Assembly: GCA_963719225.1 (NCBI GenBank)
Contig: CAVRAY010000001.1
Location: forward strand, 1,728,001 to 1,792,000
Length of the DNA stretch: 64,000 nucleotides
Source of the DNA: Thermoanaerobaculia bacterium
Lineage (GTDB): Bacteria; Acidobacteriota; Thermoanaerobaculia; UBA5066
Reading direction: 5' to 3'
Shown here: positions 1-9,112 of the stretch, piece by piece
Numbering within the stretch: the stretch's first letter is position 1
How the letters are laid out: every line of letters starts with the position of its first letter
Translations under genes and position numbers: made by a program
The notes under the pieces: generated by a model
Seen by the model: only the letters and a program-made list of their open reading frames with translations
Databases searched by the model: none
Told to the model about the DNA's origin: nothing

Positions 1-2098
1 GGCGGTGAATCTCGGGACGAACGGCGAGCCCGGCCGGCCGAAGGCCCTCGTCGTCTATCCCGGCGCACGCTCGCGCGTCGGCAGCGAGACGCTCGGCCGG
101 GCGTTTCACTCGTACGACGCGATCCAGGACCGCGCCAGCTCCCACTGGGTCGTCGCCGGTTTCACGATCACGACGGGGGAAGTCGGCGTGTCGGGCCAGA
201 CGGGGTTTCGCATCGTCGGGAACTTCGTGACGGCGCCCCGGGGAGACGGCCTCGACGGGGCGATCGGCGTACTCGGGGACGACGTCGCGGTTCTCGGCAA
301 CGAGCTCTTCGACGTGGGAAGCCCGCAATGCGGCAAGCTCTACCACGCGATCTACGTGTCCGGCATCCGTCGGGACGCGGCGCCGCGTGCAGCGACGGAG
401 CAGAGTCGCGAGATCGGCTGGAATTACATCCACGACGGCCACTCGAACCGCGCGATCAACCTCTACAGCGAGCAGCCGAACTCGGCGTTTCTCGCCGGCC
501 ACCGGATCCACGACAACGTCATCCTGAACCAGCACGGCGACGGGATTCTCGTCGGCTACTACGTGACGGGCGAGAACTGGATCACGAACAACCTGATCGT
601 CTACGCGGGACTCGGGCCGGAGTGGCCCGACGACTCCTCGAGCCACACGGGACTGAGGGTCGATTCGGGCCACGAGGCGTCGCCGGGAACGGTCGTCCAC
701 GTCCACCACAACACGATTTACGGCTGCGGCTGGTCCGGTGCCGTCTCTCCGGGCGAGAACGGACACCTCCTGATCAGCCCCGAGGCGCTCGCCCGTGGCG
801 TTACGCTCGACTTCAGGAACAACATCGTCGTCTCGACCGGAGAGCCTCTCCTCGCTCCGGAGTCGGGCGCGGTCCCCGCGGGCGACTATCGCAACTGCTG
901 GTCAGGCGGCGGGGGGGCTCCGGCGTGGGACCGGCTCGCCCTGTCGGCGGTGCCCGGATTCGTGGACTCCTCGGCGTTGAACTTCGAGCTCCTTTCTTCC
1001 AGCGCGTGCGTCGACGCGGCGGTCGCGGTCGCGGCGCCCGTCGCGAGGGACCTTCTCGGAGTCCCGCGCCCGCAGGGACAGGCCTCGGATCTCGGCGCTT
1101 ACGAGCTCGTCGCGGGAGGCGGAGGCGGTCCCTGCACTCTGAGCTGCTCGGCCACGGCACCGGTCACCGGGATCGCCGGGGAGGTGCTCGCCTTCGTAGC
1201 GAGCGCGTCTCCGTCGAATTGCGGCGGCGGCGCGCCTGCCGCCGCCTGGACCTTCGGAGACGGCGGAACCGCGGCGGGCTTCACCGCGGCCCACGCGTAC
1301 GCCGCGCCGGGAACCTATTCGTGGACCATGACGGCGAGCGTCGCGGGCGTCACCTGCGCGCGAAGCGGAGGGCTGACGATCACCGCCGCGCCGGCGGCCG
1401 GAGCCTTCGTCTACACGATTCCGGCCGTGACGCATTCTCCCGGCTCGGCCGGGGCCGTCTTCCGGACGGACGTCGCCGCCGTGAGTCTTTCCGACGCCGC
1501 GGCGAGCCTCACGCTCACGTTCTCCCAGACCGGCGGAGGATCGCTCGACCGGTCCGCCACGATCCCGCCGCGAGGCGCACGCGAGTTCGCGGACGTTCTC
1601 GTCTCCCTGTTCGGCAACGCGCCGGACGCCGCGGTCTTCGGCGCCCTCCAGATCGCCTCCACCGTGCCGCTCGTCGTTTCTTCGCGGACATACAACCAGA
1701 CGGCCAACGGAACGCTCGGCGGCTTCCTGCCCGGTGTCGCCGGCGCGCAGGGCCTCGTGCCCGGGAGGATCGGGATCCTGCCGCAGCTGAAAAAGAGCGC
1801 GGCGTTCCGGACGAACGTTGCCGTCGTAAACCTCGGTGCGTCTCCCGTGACGGGAAGGACCCAGCTCCGCGACGGCTCGGGCGCCCCCCTGGGTGCGGCC
1901 CGGACCTGGCAGGCGGCGCCCTTCAGGCTGGTCCAGGAGAACGACATCTTCTCGGCTGCGGGCGTCAGCGAAGCGGCCGTCGCCTACGCCACGGTCGAGG
2001 TTCTCACGGCCGGCGGACGCGTTTTCGCCTTCGCCTCCGTCATCGACAACGCGACGAACGATCCGACTCTCGTCTCGCTCGTCGTGCCGGAGAACTGA
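1..2098 (+). CDS. Secreted/surface protein, 5'-truncated by window: parallel beta-helix + choice-of-anchor-Q-like motif + PKD domain + C-terminal beta-sandwich region
   Basis: Repeated beta-helix turns (IHDNVILN, ITNNLIV, VHHNTIY); DLLGVPRPQGQASDLGAYE motif; PKD signature WTFGDGGTAAG..HAYAAPGTY; frame open from window start. Confidence 0.75.
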   Translation, partial: AVNLGTNGEPGRPKALVVYPGARSRVGSETLGRAFHSYDAIQDRASSHWVVAGFTITTGEVGVSGQTGFRIVGNFVTAPRGDGLDGAIGVLGDDVAVLGNELFDVGSPQCGKLYHAIYVSGIRRDAAPRAATEQSREIGWNYIHDGHSNRAINLYSEQPNSAFLAGHRIHDNVILNQHGDGILVGYYVTGENWITNNLIVYAGLGPEWPDDSSSHTGLRVDSGHEASPGTVVHVHHNTIYGCGWSGAVSPGENGHLLISPEALARGVTLDFRNNIVVSTGEPLLAPESGAVPAGDYRNCWSGGGGAPAWDRLALSAVPGFVDSSALNFELLSSSACVDAAVAVAAPVARDLLGVPRPQGQASDLGAYELVAGGGGGPCTLSCSATAPVTGIAGEVLAFVASASPSNCGGGAPAAAWTFGDGGTAAGFTAAHAYAAPGTYSWTMTASVAGVTCARSGGLTITAAPAAGAFVYTIPAVTHSPGSAGAVFRTDVAAVSLSDAAASLTLTFSQTGGGSLDRSATIPPRGAREFADVLVSLFGNAPDAAVFGALQIASTVPLVVSSRTYNQTANGTLGGFLPGVAGAQGLVPGRIGILPQLKKSAAFRTNVAVVNLGASPVTGRTQLRDGSGAPLGAARTWQAAPFRLVQENDIFSAAGVSEAAVAYATVEVLTAGGRVFAFASVIDNATNDPTLVSLVVPEN

Positions 2099-3405
2099 TG
2101 TCTCTCTTTGCTGACCACTGGCGACAAAAAGGGGAATTCGTCTTTAGACGTCTGCAGGACGCTTCGGAGAACCTGCATCCGATGAGAGTTGGTGAGCATA
2201 ACCGCGACGCGGTCATCTTGCTGCAGCAGGCGTTGATCATGACGGGATATCCCATTCCTGCGGGTGCGACGGGGAACTACGGGGAACAGACGGCCGCGGC
2301 GGTGCGGGCGGTTCAAGCCGATCCACGACTCAACCTCGGGCGCGACATAGGAATTGCCGGCAAGGAGGTCCTGGAAGCCCTGGATGGCAGGTTACAGGCG
2401 CGTGTGCATGGCGCATCCGTGCAGACGATCAGCGTTCCATTTGAATTTGTGATCGATGGCCGTACATACCGCTCCGAGGGGAACGACATCGCTGGTCAGC
2501 TCGACCGGGTGATTAATGCTGTGTATAACCGACTGCAAGCAGCGTTGGACGCTCGCCAGGGATTCGTCGCTAGGCAAAACGGTTTCGTTAGAATGATCTC
2601 CGACGCCCTGGGGACAGCGGATGGGATCCCGCCACCAGAGTTTCTCTTCGAGGGGATACAAGCGTGCAGCGCCGCCTGGCGAGCATTGGCTCAACAGGAT
2701 TTCCTAGCCGCTAAGGAAAAGATCGACGAGGCCCTGATCTACTACAACGCGGCACACAGGCAGTGGCGACGGTACATCAGGGGCACGTGGTCGGGAGCCG
2801 ATACGGCGCGTGACGCGCTGGAAGTGTTCAGCGCGGTGGCGCTTACTCTATCCACAACCTATCTGGGCGCCGGCGCTACCGTTCCCGGGGCTGTGATAGT
2901 CAGTGCGGCCAGAGGAGCCGCGATAACTGGTGGAATCACTGCCATTCGAGAAGTCGGGGTTCAGTCACACGAACGGATCATCGATTTGGATCCCGAGGTC
3001 AACTGGCGGGCGATGGCCTCCACCATTGTGGCCTCAGCCGGCGCGAGTTTTGCGTCGTCGGCGCTCGGAGGTTGGCTGCGTCCACACGTCCTTCGAATCT
3101 TTCCTGGGACGATGTCAGACCTTGCTAACTCAGAAGCCGAATGGGTTGCCTGGAATCAAACGTTTGCAAGATTCGGTATTTCGCCGATACCCGCGATTCC
3201 CAGCACGTGGTCCCGTATCGCGGCCCGAGTCCTGACATCCATTCCACAAAGCGTCCTGGCAACGACCGCCAAGGCTACGATCATCGAGTTCGGAACTGGT
3301 TTATCCCTCGACGAATTTTTAAAGAGATGGTGGAAAAACCTGCCGAGAGACATCGTGGTGCGAGCCATCGGGCAGGCCCTTGTCGGGATCGCTCCGCCTC
3401 CCTAG
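2098..3405 (+). CDS. Peptidoglycan-binding-domain protein with helical middle and hydrophobic Gly/Ala-rich C-terminal half (435 aa), function unknown
   Basis: ATG overlaps upstream TGA (TGATG); PGBD-like VILLQQALIMTGY...GNYGEQTAAAVRAVQ...GIAGKEVLEAL; visibly more AT-rich codon usage than flanks. Confidence 0.65.
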   Translation: MSLFADHWRQKGEFVFRRLQDASENLHPMRVGEHNRDAVILLQQALIMTGYPIPAGATGNYGEQTAAAVRAVQADPRLNLGRDIGIAGKEVLEALDGRLQARVHGASVQTISVPFEFVIDGRTYRSEGNDIAGQLDRVINAVYNRLQAALDARQGFVARQNGFVRMISDALGTADGIPPPEFLFEGIQACSAAWRALAQQDFLAAKEKIDEALIYYNAAHRQWRRYIRGTWSGADTARDALEVFSAVALTLSTTYLGAGATVPGAVIVSAARGAAITGGITAIREVGVQSHERIIDLDPEVNWRAMASTIVASAGASFASSALGGWLRPHVLRIFPGTMSDLANSEAEWVAWNQTFARFGISPIPAIPSTWSRIAARVLTSIPQSVLATTAKATIIEFGTGLSLDEFLKRWWKNLPRDIVVRAIGQALVGIAPPP

Positions 3406-3574
3406 ATCACATGGCGAGTTAGAGCGCGTCTACGACGGACTCGCCACGAACCCCCTTCACTCGTCGTGCCGAATAGCCGAGAAAACCCGCCTGCCGAGGC
3501 TTGCCCGCCAAGCGGCGGCGCGGGGTCCACGTTCGGGGTATTCTTTCGGGCTCATTCCCGGCAATGGAGGATTC

Positions 3575-4822
3575 GTGGAGCGATTCACTGGTCTCATCGG
3601 CCTGACGATCGTGCTCGCGGTGGCGCTCGCGCTCTCGAAGAACAGGAAGGCGATCCGCTGGAGGACCGTCGGCTGGGCATTCGCGCTCCAGATGGCGTTC
3701 GGCCTCCTGGTTCTCTACTGGGAGCGCGGCAAGCAGGCGCTGGAGTCGTTCTCGAACGGAGTCTCTCGCGCCATCGCGTTCGCCGACCAGGGCTCGGGTT
3801 TCCTCTTCGGATGGCTCGCGGGGCCGATGGACACCCTCGGCGAGAAGACGGGCATGCCCTACCGGGGCTTCATCTTCGCCTTCAAGGTGCTCCCGATCAT
3901 CATCTTCATCTGCGCGTTCTTCTCCATCCTGTACCACTTTGGCATCATCCAGGTGATCGTCAGGGGCATGGCGTGGGGGATGCAGAAGACGATGAAGGTC
4001 TCCGGCGCGGAAGCTCTGTGCGTGGCGGCGAACGTCTTCATCGGCCAGACGGAAGCGCCCGTGCTCATCGCGCCCTACATCGCGACCATGACGACGTCCG
4101 AGCTCCTCACGATGATGACGGGCGGCATGGCGCACGTTTCGGGCGCGGTCATGCTCGCCTACGTGACGATGGGGGCGCCGTTGAAATATCTCATCACGGC
4201 GTCCGTGATGGCCGCCCCCGGCACCTTCCTCATCTCGAAGATCCTCTGGCCGGAGACCGAGACGCCGACCACGATGGGCACCGTGAAGATGCAGGTCGAG
4301 AAGACGAGCGCGAACTTCATCGACGCGGCGGCCAGCGGTGCCTCGCAAGGCATGATGCTCGTCCTCAACATCTCGGCGATGCTCATCGCGTTCGTGGCGC
4401 TCATCGCGATGCTGAACGGATTCCTTGGGTGGGTCGGGGGGTTCTGGGGTAACCCGGCCTTCTCGCTCCAGACGATCTTCGGATGGGTCCTCGGGCCTCT
4501 CGCCTGGAGCCTCGGGGCGCCGAAAGAGGACATGGCGACGGTCGGGAACCTCATCGCGAACAAGACGGTCATCAACGAGTTCTTCGCGTTCTCGATGATG
4601 AAGGACGTCGTCGGGAGTCTTTCGGAGAAGGGGAAGGTCATCGCGACCTTCGCCCTGTGCGGCTTCGCGAACTTTTCGTCGATCGGCATCCAGATCGGCG
4701 GGATCGGCGGCCTCGCGCCGTCGCGCAAGTCCGATCTCGCGCGGCTCGGCTTCCGCGCGCTCCTCGCCGGGTCGCTCGTGAGCTTCATGACGGCCGCGAT
4801 CGCCGGCATCCTGATGGGATAG
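3575..4822 (+). CDS. nupC: CNT-family (NupC) nucleoside transporter
   Basis: GTG after GGAGG; FAFKVLPIIIF, NVFIGQTEAP, FALCGFANFSSIGIQIGG motifs. Confidence 0.93.
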   Translation: MERFTGLIGLTIVLAVALALSKNRKAIRWRTVGWAFALQMAFGLLVLYWERGKQALESFSNGVSRAIAFADQGSGFLFGWLAGPMDTLGEKTGMPYRGFIFAFKVLPIIIFICAFFSILYHFGIIQVIVRGMAWGMQKTMKVSGAEALCVAANVFIGQTEAPVLIAPYIATMTTSELLTMMTGGMAHVSGAVMLAYVTMGAPLKYLITASVMAAPGTFLISKILWPETETPTTMGTVKMQVEKTSANFIDAAASGASQGMMLVLNISAMLIAFVALIAMLNGFLGWVGGFWGNPAFSLQTIFGWVLGPLAWSLGAPKEDMATVGNLIANKTVINEFFAFSMMKDVVGSLSEKGKVIATFALCGFANFSSIGIQIGGIGGLAPSRKSDLARLGFRALLAGSLVSFMTAAIAGILMG

Positions 4823-4871
4823 GAGGTCGTCCAAGTAAAACGATGCGTCCTTCGGGTCTGAGGAAGGGGTT

Positions 4872-4898
4872 TGGGGGAACCAGATCGGGGTTCCCCCA
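4872..4898. repeat. REP-like palindrome (10-bp stem, 7-nt loop)
   Basis: TGGGGGAACC (4872-4881) and GGTTCCCCCA (4889-4898) are exact reverse complements; intergenic. Confidence 0.6.
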
Positions 4899-4967
4899 GG
4901 ACATGAAAGTTGCTGGCGCGCCCTTCTTGGCGCGTGCGAAGCACGCGGCGCGCCAGCTAGGAGGCAC

Positions 4968-5867
4968 GTGATGGATTCCAGGCTCTCGGCCGCGGCGGAG
5001 TGGCTGCGCGGACGGCTGCCCGACCCGCCGCTCGTGGGTGTCATCCTGGGCTCCGGCCTCGGCGATTTCGCCGACGGCGTGGACTCGCGGGTCACGATCC
5101 CGTACGGCGACGTTCCGGGATTCCCGGCTTCGGCCGTGATCGGGCACTCGGGGACGCTCGTGGCGGGCACCGTGCGCGGCGTTCCGACGGTCGTTCTCTC
5201 GGGGCGCGTTCACTACTACGAAGGCCATCCCATGCCGGCCGTCGTCTTCCCGGCGCGCGTCCTCGGCCTCCTCGGTTGCCGGACCGTCATCGTGACGAAC
5301 GCCGCGGGTGGCATCGACAGGTCCTTCAAGTCCGGCAACCTCATGCTCATCGACGACCACATCAACGCGTTCGGGACGAACCCGCTCGTCGGCGCCAACG
5401 ACGAGGACCTCGGTCCCCGATTCCCCGACATGTCGGACGCCTACCGCAAAGACCTCCGCTCGCTCGCTCTCGCCGTCGCGAAGCGCCAGCGGATCGCGTT
5501 GAAGCACGGCGTCTACGTGGGCGTCCACGGCCCGTCCTACGAGACGCCGGCCGAGATCCGGGCCTTCCGCGCCCTGGGCGCGCACGCCGTTGGCATGTCC
5601 ACGGTGCCCGAAGTCATCGCGCTCAACCAGATGGGCATCGGCGTCCTCGGCATCTCGTGCATCACGAACATGGCCGCCGGCGTCCTGAAGCAGAAGCTCG
5701 ACCACCGGGAGGTGCTCGAGACGACGCAGCGCGTGAAAGGCGACTTCGTCCGCTTTCTGACGTTCCTCGTCCAGGCGCTCGGCACCGGCCGGTCGGGAGC
5801 GACGGAAGACGCCCTTCTTCCGGTCGCCCGTCCGCCGGTCCGCGGCAGGAAGGCGAGGAAGACGTGA
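4968..5867 (+). CDS. punA: Purine-nucleoside phosphorylase (trimeric PNP/XapA family)
   Basis: ILGSGLG, GRVHYYEG, GPSYETPAE, VGMSTVPE, TNMAAG; AGGAGG RBS. Confidence 0.93.
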   Translation: MMDSRLSAAAEWLRGRLPDPPLVGVILGSGLGDFADGVDSRVTIPYGDVPGFPASAVIGHSGTLVAGTVRGVPTVVLSGRVHYYEGHPMPAVVFPARVLGLLGCRTVIVTNAAGGIDRSFKSGNLMLIDDHINAFGTNPLVGANDEDLGPRFPDMSDAYRKDLRSLALAVAKRQRIALKHGVYVGVHGPSYETPAEIRAFRALGAHAVGMSTVPEVIALNQMGIGVLGISCITNMAAGVLKQKLDHREVLETTQRVKGDFVRFLTFLVQALGTGRSGATEDALLPVARPPVRGRKARKT

Positions 5868-6283
5868 GCGCGAGCCGGCCTCTCGCGCCGGACGAGGAAA
5901 AGCGTCTCGTCGAGGCAGCGCGGGTGGCGCGCGAGAAAGCCTCGGCTCCGTACTCGGGCTTCCGGGTCGGCGCGGCGCTGCTCGCGGAGGACGGGACGAT
6001 CTATGGCGGCTGCAACGTCGAATCCGCCTCGTATGGCCTGACGGTGTGCGGCGAGCGGACAGCCGTTTTCAAGGCAATCTCGGAGGGGGCGCGGAAGTTT
6101 CGAGCCGTCGCCGTCGTGACGGACGCCGATCCGCCCGCGTCGCCCTGCGGCGCGTGCCGGCAGGTCCTCTGGGACCAGTGCCGTGACATCGACGTCATTC
6201 TCGCGACGCCGGCGCGCGTCGTGAGCCGCATGCGGCTCTCGACGCTGCTCCCGCTCGCCTTCGAGTTCGAGGGGCCAAAATGA
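5864..6283 (+). CDS. cdd: Cytidine deaminase
   Basis: APYSGFRVGAA, CNVESASYGLTVCGER, PCGACRQ; GTGA overlap with punA stop. Confidence 0.93.
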   Translation: MSASRPLAPDEEKRLVEAARVAREKASAPYSGFRVGAALLAEDGTIYGGCNVESASYGLTVCGERTAVFKAISEGARKFRAVAVVTDADPPASPCGACRQVLWDQCRDIDVILATPARVVSRMRLSTLLPLAFEFEGPK

Positions 6284-6290
6284 GTAGGAT

Positions 6291-6329
6291 GAGAGAGAAA
6301 GAGAAGAGAAGATTTCTTTGAAGGTGAAT
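6291..6329 (+). repeat. Dispersed AT-rich motif copy A (purine tract + GATTTCTTTGAAGGTGAAT)
   Basis: 6311-6329 matches 29129-29147 at 18 of 19 positions. Confidence 0.75.
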
Positions 6330-7805
6330 AGGACAGTGGGAAACCCACGGCGCGCGACGCGTGTTTCGGTTCTCGTCGCGCTGTGCGTCACGCTCACCTG
6401 CGCGGCGCCGACGGCCCCCGCCGCGGAGGCGCGTCACGCGCCTTCCAAGCATAAATCTTCGGCTTCTTCGGTCGATACCCTCGTCACAGCGGCCCACGTC
6501 CTGACGATGGATGGAACTGATCACGTCTTTTCCCCCGGTGCCGTCGCCATCAAGGGCGGCAGGATCGTCGCCGTCGGCTCGCCGTCGGAGCTGTCGGCTC
6601 TTTATTCTCCGAAGCATAGAATTTCCCGTCCCCGTTCCGCCGTGCTTCCGGGCCTCGTCAACACGCACACGCACGCCGCGATGAACCTCCTGCGCGGCAT
6701 CGCGGACGATCTGCCTCTCATGGACTGGCTCACGAAGTTCATCTTTCCTGCGGAGGCGAAGAACGTTTCGCCCGGCTTCGTGAAGGCCGGAACGCTCCTC
6801 GCCTGTGCGGAGATGATCCGCGGCGGTACCACGACGTTTGCGGACATGTACTACTACGAGTCGGACGTCGCGGCAGCCGTGGACACCTGCGGGATGCGCG
6901 CCGTCCTGGGAGAGACGTGGCTCGACTTTCCCGTGCCCGACCACAAGGATCTCGCCGAATCGATCACGGTGACCCGCGCCTTCCTCGAGAGGTGGAAGGG
7001 TCACCCGCGTATCATCGCGGCCGTCGCCCCGCACGCGGCGTATACGAACGCGAAGGAGTCTTTCCAGGCCGCGAAGGCGCTCGCCGACGAGTTCCACGCC
7101 CCGCTTCTCATTCACCTTTCCGAAACGCGGGACGAGCAGAGGCAGCTCGCCGGGAAGTACGGGACCACGCCCACGAACTGGCTCGACTCGATCGGCTTCC
7201 TGGGTCCGAACGTCCTCGCGGCTCACTGCGTCTGGTGCGACGCGGACGACCTCCGCCTCCTTTCCGAGCGGCACGTCGGCCTCTCGCACAACCCGGAATC
7301 AAACATGAAGCTCGGGTCCGGCGTCGCGCCCGTCGCGGCGGCTCGGCGTGTCGGCATCGCGGTCGGCCTCGGGACGGACGGCGTCGCGGGCTCGAACAAC
7401 GACCTCGACATGTGGGAAGCGATGGACTTCGCCGGGAAGCTCGCGAAGGTCTCTGCGATGGACCCGACGGTGCTGCCGGCGAAGGACGTCCTCCGGATGG
7501 CGACGATCGAGGGCGCGCGGGCGATGAAGCTGGACGACCGCATCGGCTCGCTGGAGAGAGGGAAGCGAGCGGATCTCGCGGCCGTGGACCTCGTTCGGGC
7601 GGGGACGCAGCCCGTGTGGGACCTGTTCTCGACGCTCGTCTCCGTCGTCAAGGAAAGTGACGTCTCGCTCACGATGGTGGAAGGCCGCGTCCTCTGGAAC
7701 GGCAAACGCGTCACGTCCCTCGACGAGGCGAAGGTCATCCGGAACGCCGAAACGTGGCGGAAAAGAATCGCGGCGTCGCTCGCGTCGCCCACCGCGGCGA
7801 AATGA
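6318..7805 (+). CDS. Amidohydrolase, MTA/SAH deaminase (MtaD)-like, with signal-peptide-like N-terminus; exact start uncertain (TTG 6318 or GTG 6336)
   Basis: PGLVNTHTH, GTTTFADMY, IHLSET, SHNPESNMKLGSG, GLGTDG. Confidence 0.85.
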   Translation: MKVNRTVGNPRRATRVSVLVALCVTLTCAAPTAPAAEARHAPSKHKSSASSVDTLVTAAHVLTMDGTDHVFSPGAVAIKGGRIVAVGSPSELSALYSPKHRISRPRSAVLPGLVNTHTHAAMNLLRGIADDLPLMDWLTKFIFPAEAKNVSPGFVKAGTLLACAEMIRGGTTTFADMYYYESDVAAAVDTCGMRAVLGETWLDFPVPDHKDLAESITVTRAFLERWKGHPRIIAAVAPHAAYTNAKESFQAAKALADEFHAPLLIHLSETRDEQRQLAGKYGTTPTNWLDSIGFLGPNVLAAHCVWCDADDLRLLSERHVGLSHNPESNMKLGSGVAPVAAARRVGIAVGLGTDGVAGSNNDLDMWEAMDFAGKLAKVSAMDPTVLPAKDVLRMATIEGARAMKLDDRIGSLERGKRADLAAVDLVRAGTQPVWDLFSTLVSVVKESDVSLTMVEGRVLWNGKRVTSLDEAKVIRNAETWRKRIAASLASPTAAK

Positions 7806-9112
7806 GCCTCTTCGTCCGTACGATCGTGAAGAAGCGCGACGGCGGCGAACTGTCGGAAGGCGAGATCGGCGCCTTCGTCTCCGGCGTCACGGATGGAACG
7901 ATCACGGACGAGCAGGCGGCCGCGTTCCTGATGGCGGTGTGCTGCCGGGGCATGACGACCGCCGAGTCGGCCGCTTTGACGTTCGCAATGATGAAATCGG
8001 GCGAGACCTGGGACCTTTCGCGCCACGGCTTCGTCGCGGACAAGCACTCGACGGGGGGCGTGGGCGACAAGGCGACGCTCGTCCTCGCGCCGCTTCTCGC
8101 GGCCGTGGGCGTCAAGGCCGGGATGATGTCGGGGCGCGGCCTCGGGCACACCGGCGGCACGCTCGACAAGCTCGAGGCGATTCCCGGGTTCAAGACGGCC
8201 CTTCCGAAGGCGGATTTCGACCGGCTCCTCGATACCGTGGGGTGCGCGCTCATCGGCCAGACCGACTCGATCGCTCCCGCCGATCGCCGCCTCTACGCGC
8301 TGCGCGACGTGACGGGGACCGTGGAATCGATACCTCTCATCACGGCCTCGATCCTCTCCAAGAAGCTCGCGACCGGGGCTTCCGCCGTCGTCTTCGACGT
8401 GAAGACGGGGAACGGCGCGTTCATGTCCGACCCCCGGGATGCGAAGAGGCTGGGCTCGGCTCTCGTCGAGACGACGCGGGCGACGGGCCGCAAGGCCTCG
8501 GGCTACCTCACGGCGATGGACCGCCCTCTGGGCGAGGCCGTCGGGAACGCGAACGAGGTCGAGGAGTCGATCCGCATGCTCGGCGGCGAAGGGCCGGCCG
8601 ACCTGCGTGAGAACACGCTCCTCCTGGGCGCGGACCTCGTTCTCGCCGCTGGTCTGGAGACGAGCGCGAAGGAGGCCCGCCGGCGGCTGAATGCCGCCCT
8701 CTCCGACGGCCGGGCCCTGGAAGTTTTTCGGAAGCTCATCGCGGCGCAGGGCGGGGACGCGGGAGTCTGCGACGACCCGAAGAGACTCCCGCAGCCCGTC
8801 TCCCGCAGGGACGTCCCGGCGCCCGCCTCGGGAGTGGTCACCCGCATTGAGACGCGGGAAGTCGGGCTTCTCGCGATCGAGCTCGGCTGCGGGCGTACGA
8901 AGAAGGACGACGTCATCGACCCCGCGTCGGGATTTCGGGTGAAGAAGAAGCCCGGCGACGCCGTGGAGAAAGGCGAGCCCCTCCTCGTCGTCGAGCTCGG
9001 CCCGAACGCGAAACCAAACCCCACGTTCTACGACCGCCTCGCGGCGTGCTTCACGATCGCGCCGGCCGGTACTGTCGTCGAGTCGCTGCCCTTCGTCGTC
9101 GGGACGCTCTGA
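7802..9112 (+). CDS. pdp: Thymidine / pyrimidine-nucleoside phosphorylase
   Basis: DKHSTGGVGDK, MSGRGLGHTGGTLDKLE, SILSKKLA, DVKTGNGAFM; ATGA overlap. Confidence 0.93.
   Translation: MSLFVRTIVKKRDGGELSEGEIGAFVSGVTDGTITDEQAAAFLMAVCCRGMTTAESAALTFAMMKSGETWDLSRHGFVADKHSTGGVGDKATLVLAPLLAAVGVKAGMMSGRGLGHTGGTLDKLEAIPGFKTALPKADFDRLLDTVGCALIGQTDSIAPADRRLYALRDVTGTVESIPLITASILSKKLATGASAVVFDVKTGNGAFMSDPRDAKRLGSALVETTRATGRKASGYLTAMDRPLGEAVGNANEVEESIRMLGGEGPADLRENTLLLGADLVLAAGLETSAKEARRRLNAALSDGRALEVFRKLIAAQGGDAGVCDDPKRLPQPVSRRDVPAPASGVVTRIETREVGLLAIELGCGRTKKDDVIDPASGFRVKKKPGDAVEKGEPLLVVELGPNAKPNPTFYDRLAACFTIAPAGTVVESLPFVVGTL

Noticed and set aside
328-2097. 1025-aa ORF 328..3405 read as one protein
   Set aside because: The first 590 codons are an Arg/Gly-rich shadow frame over the PKD gene; the real gene starts at ATG 2098
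3406-3574. Purine or other riboswitch upstream of nupC
   Set aside because: Only a short inverted repeat (TGGCGAGT/ACTCGCCA) and GC pairing; no recognisable aptamer consensus
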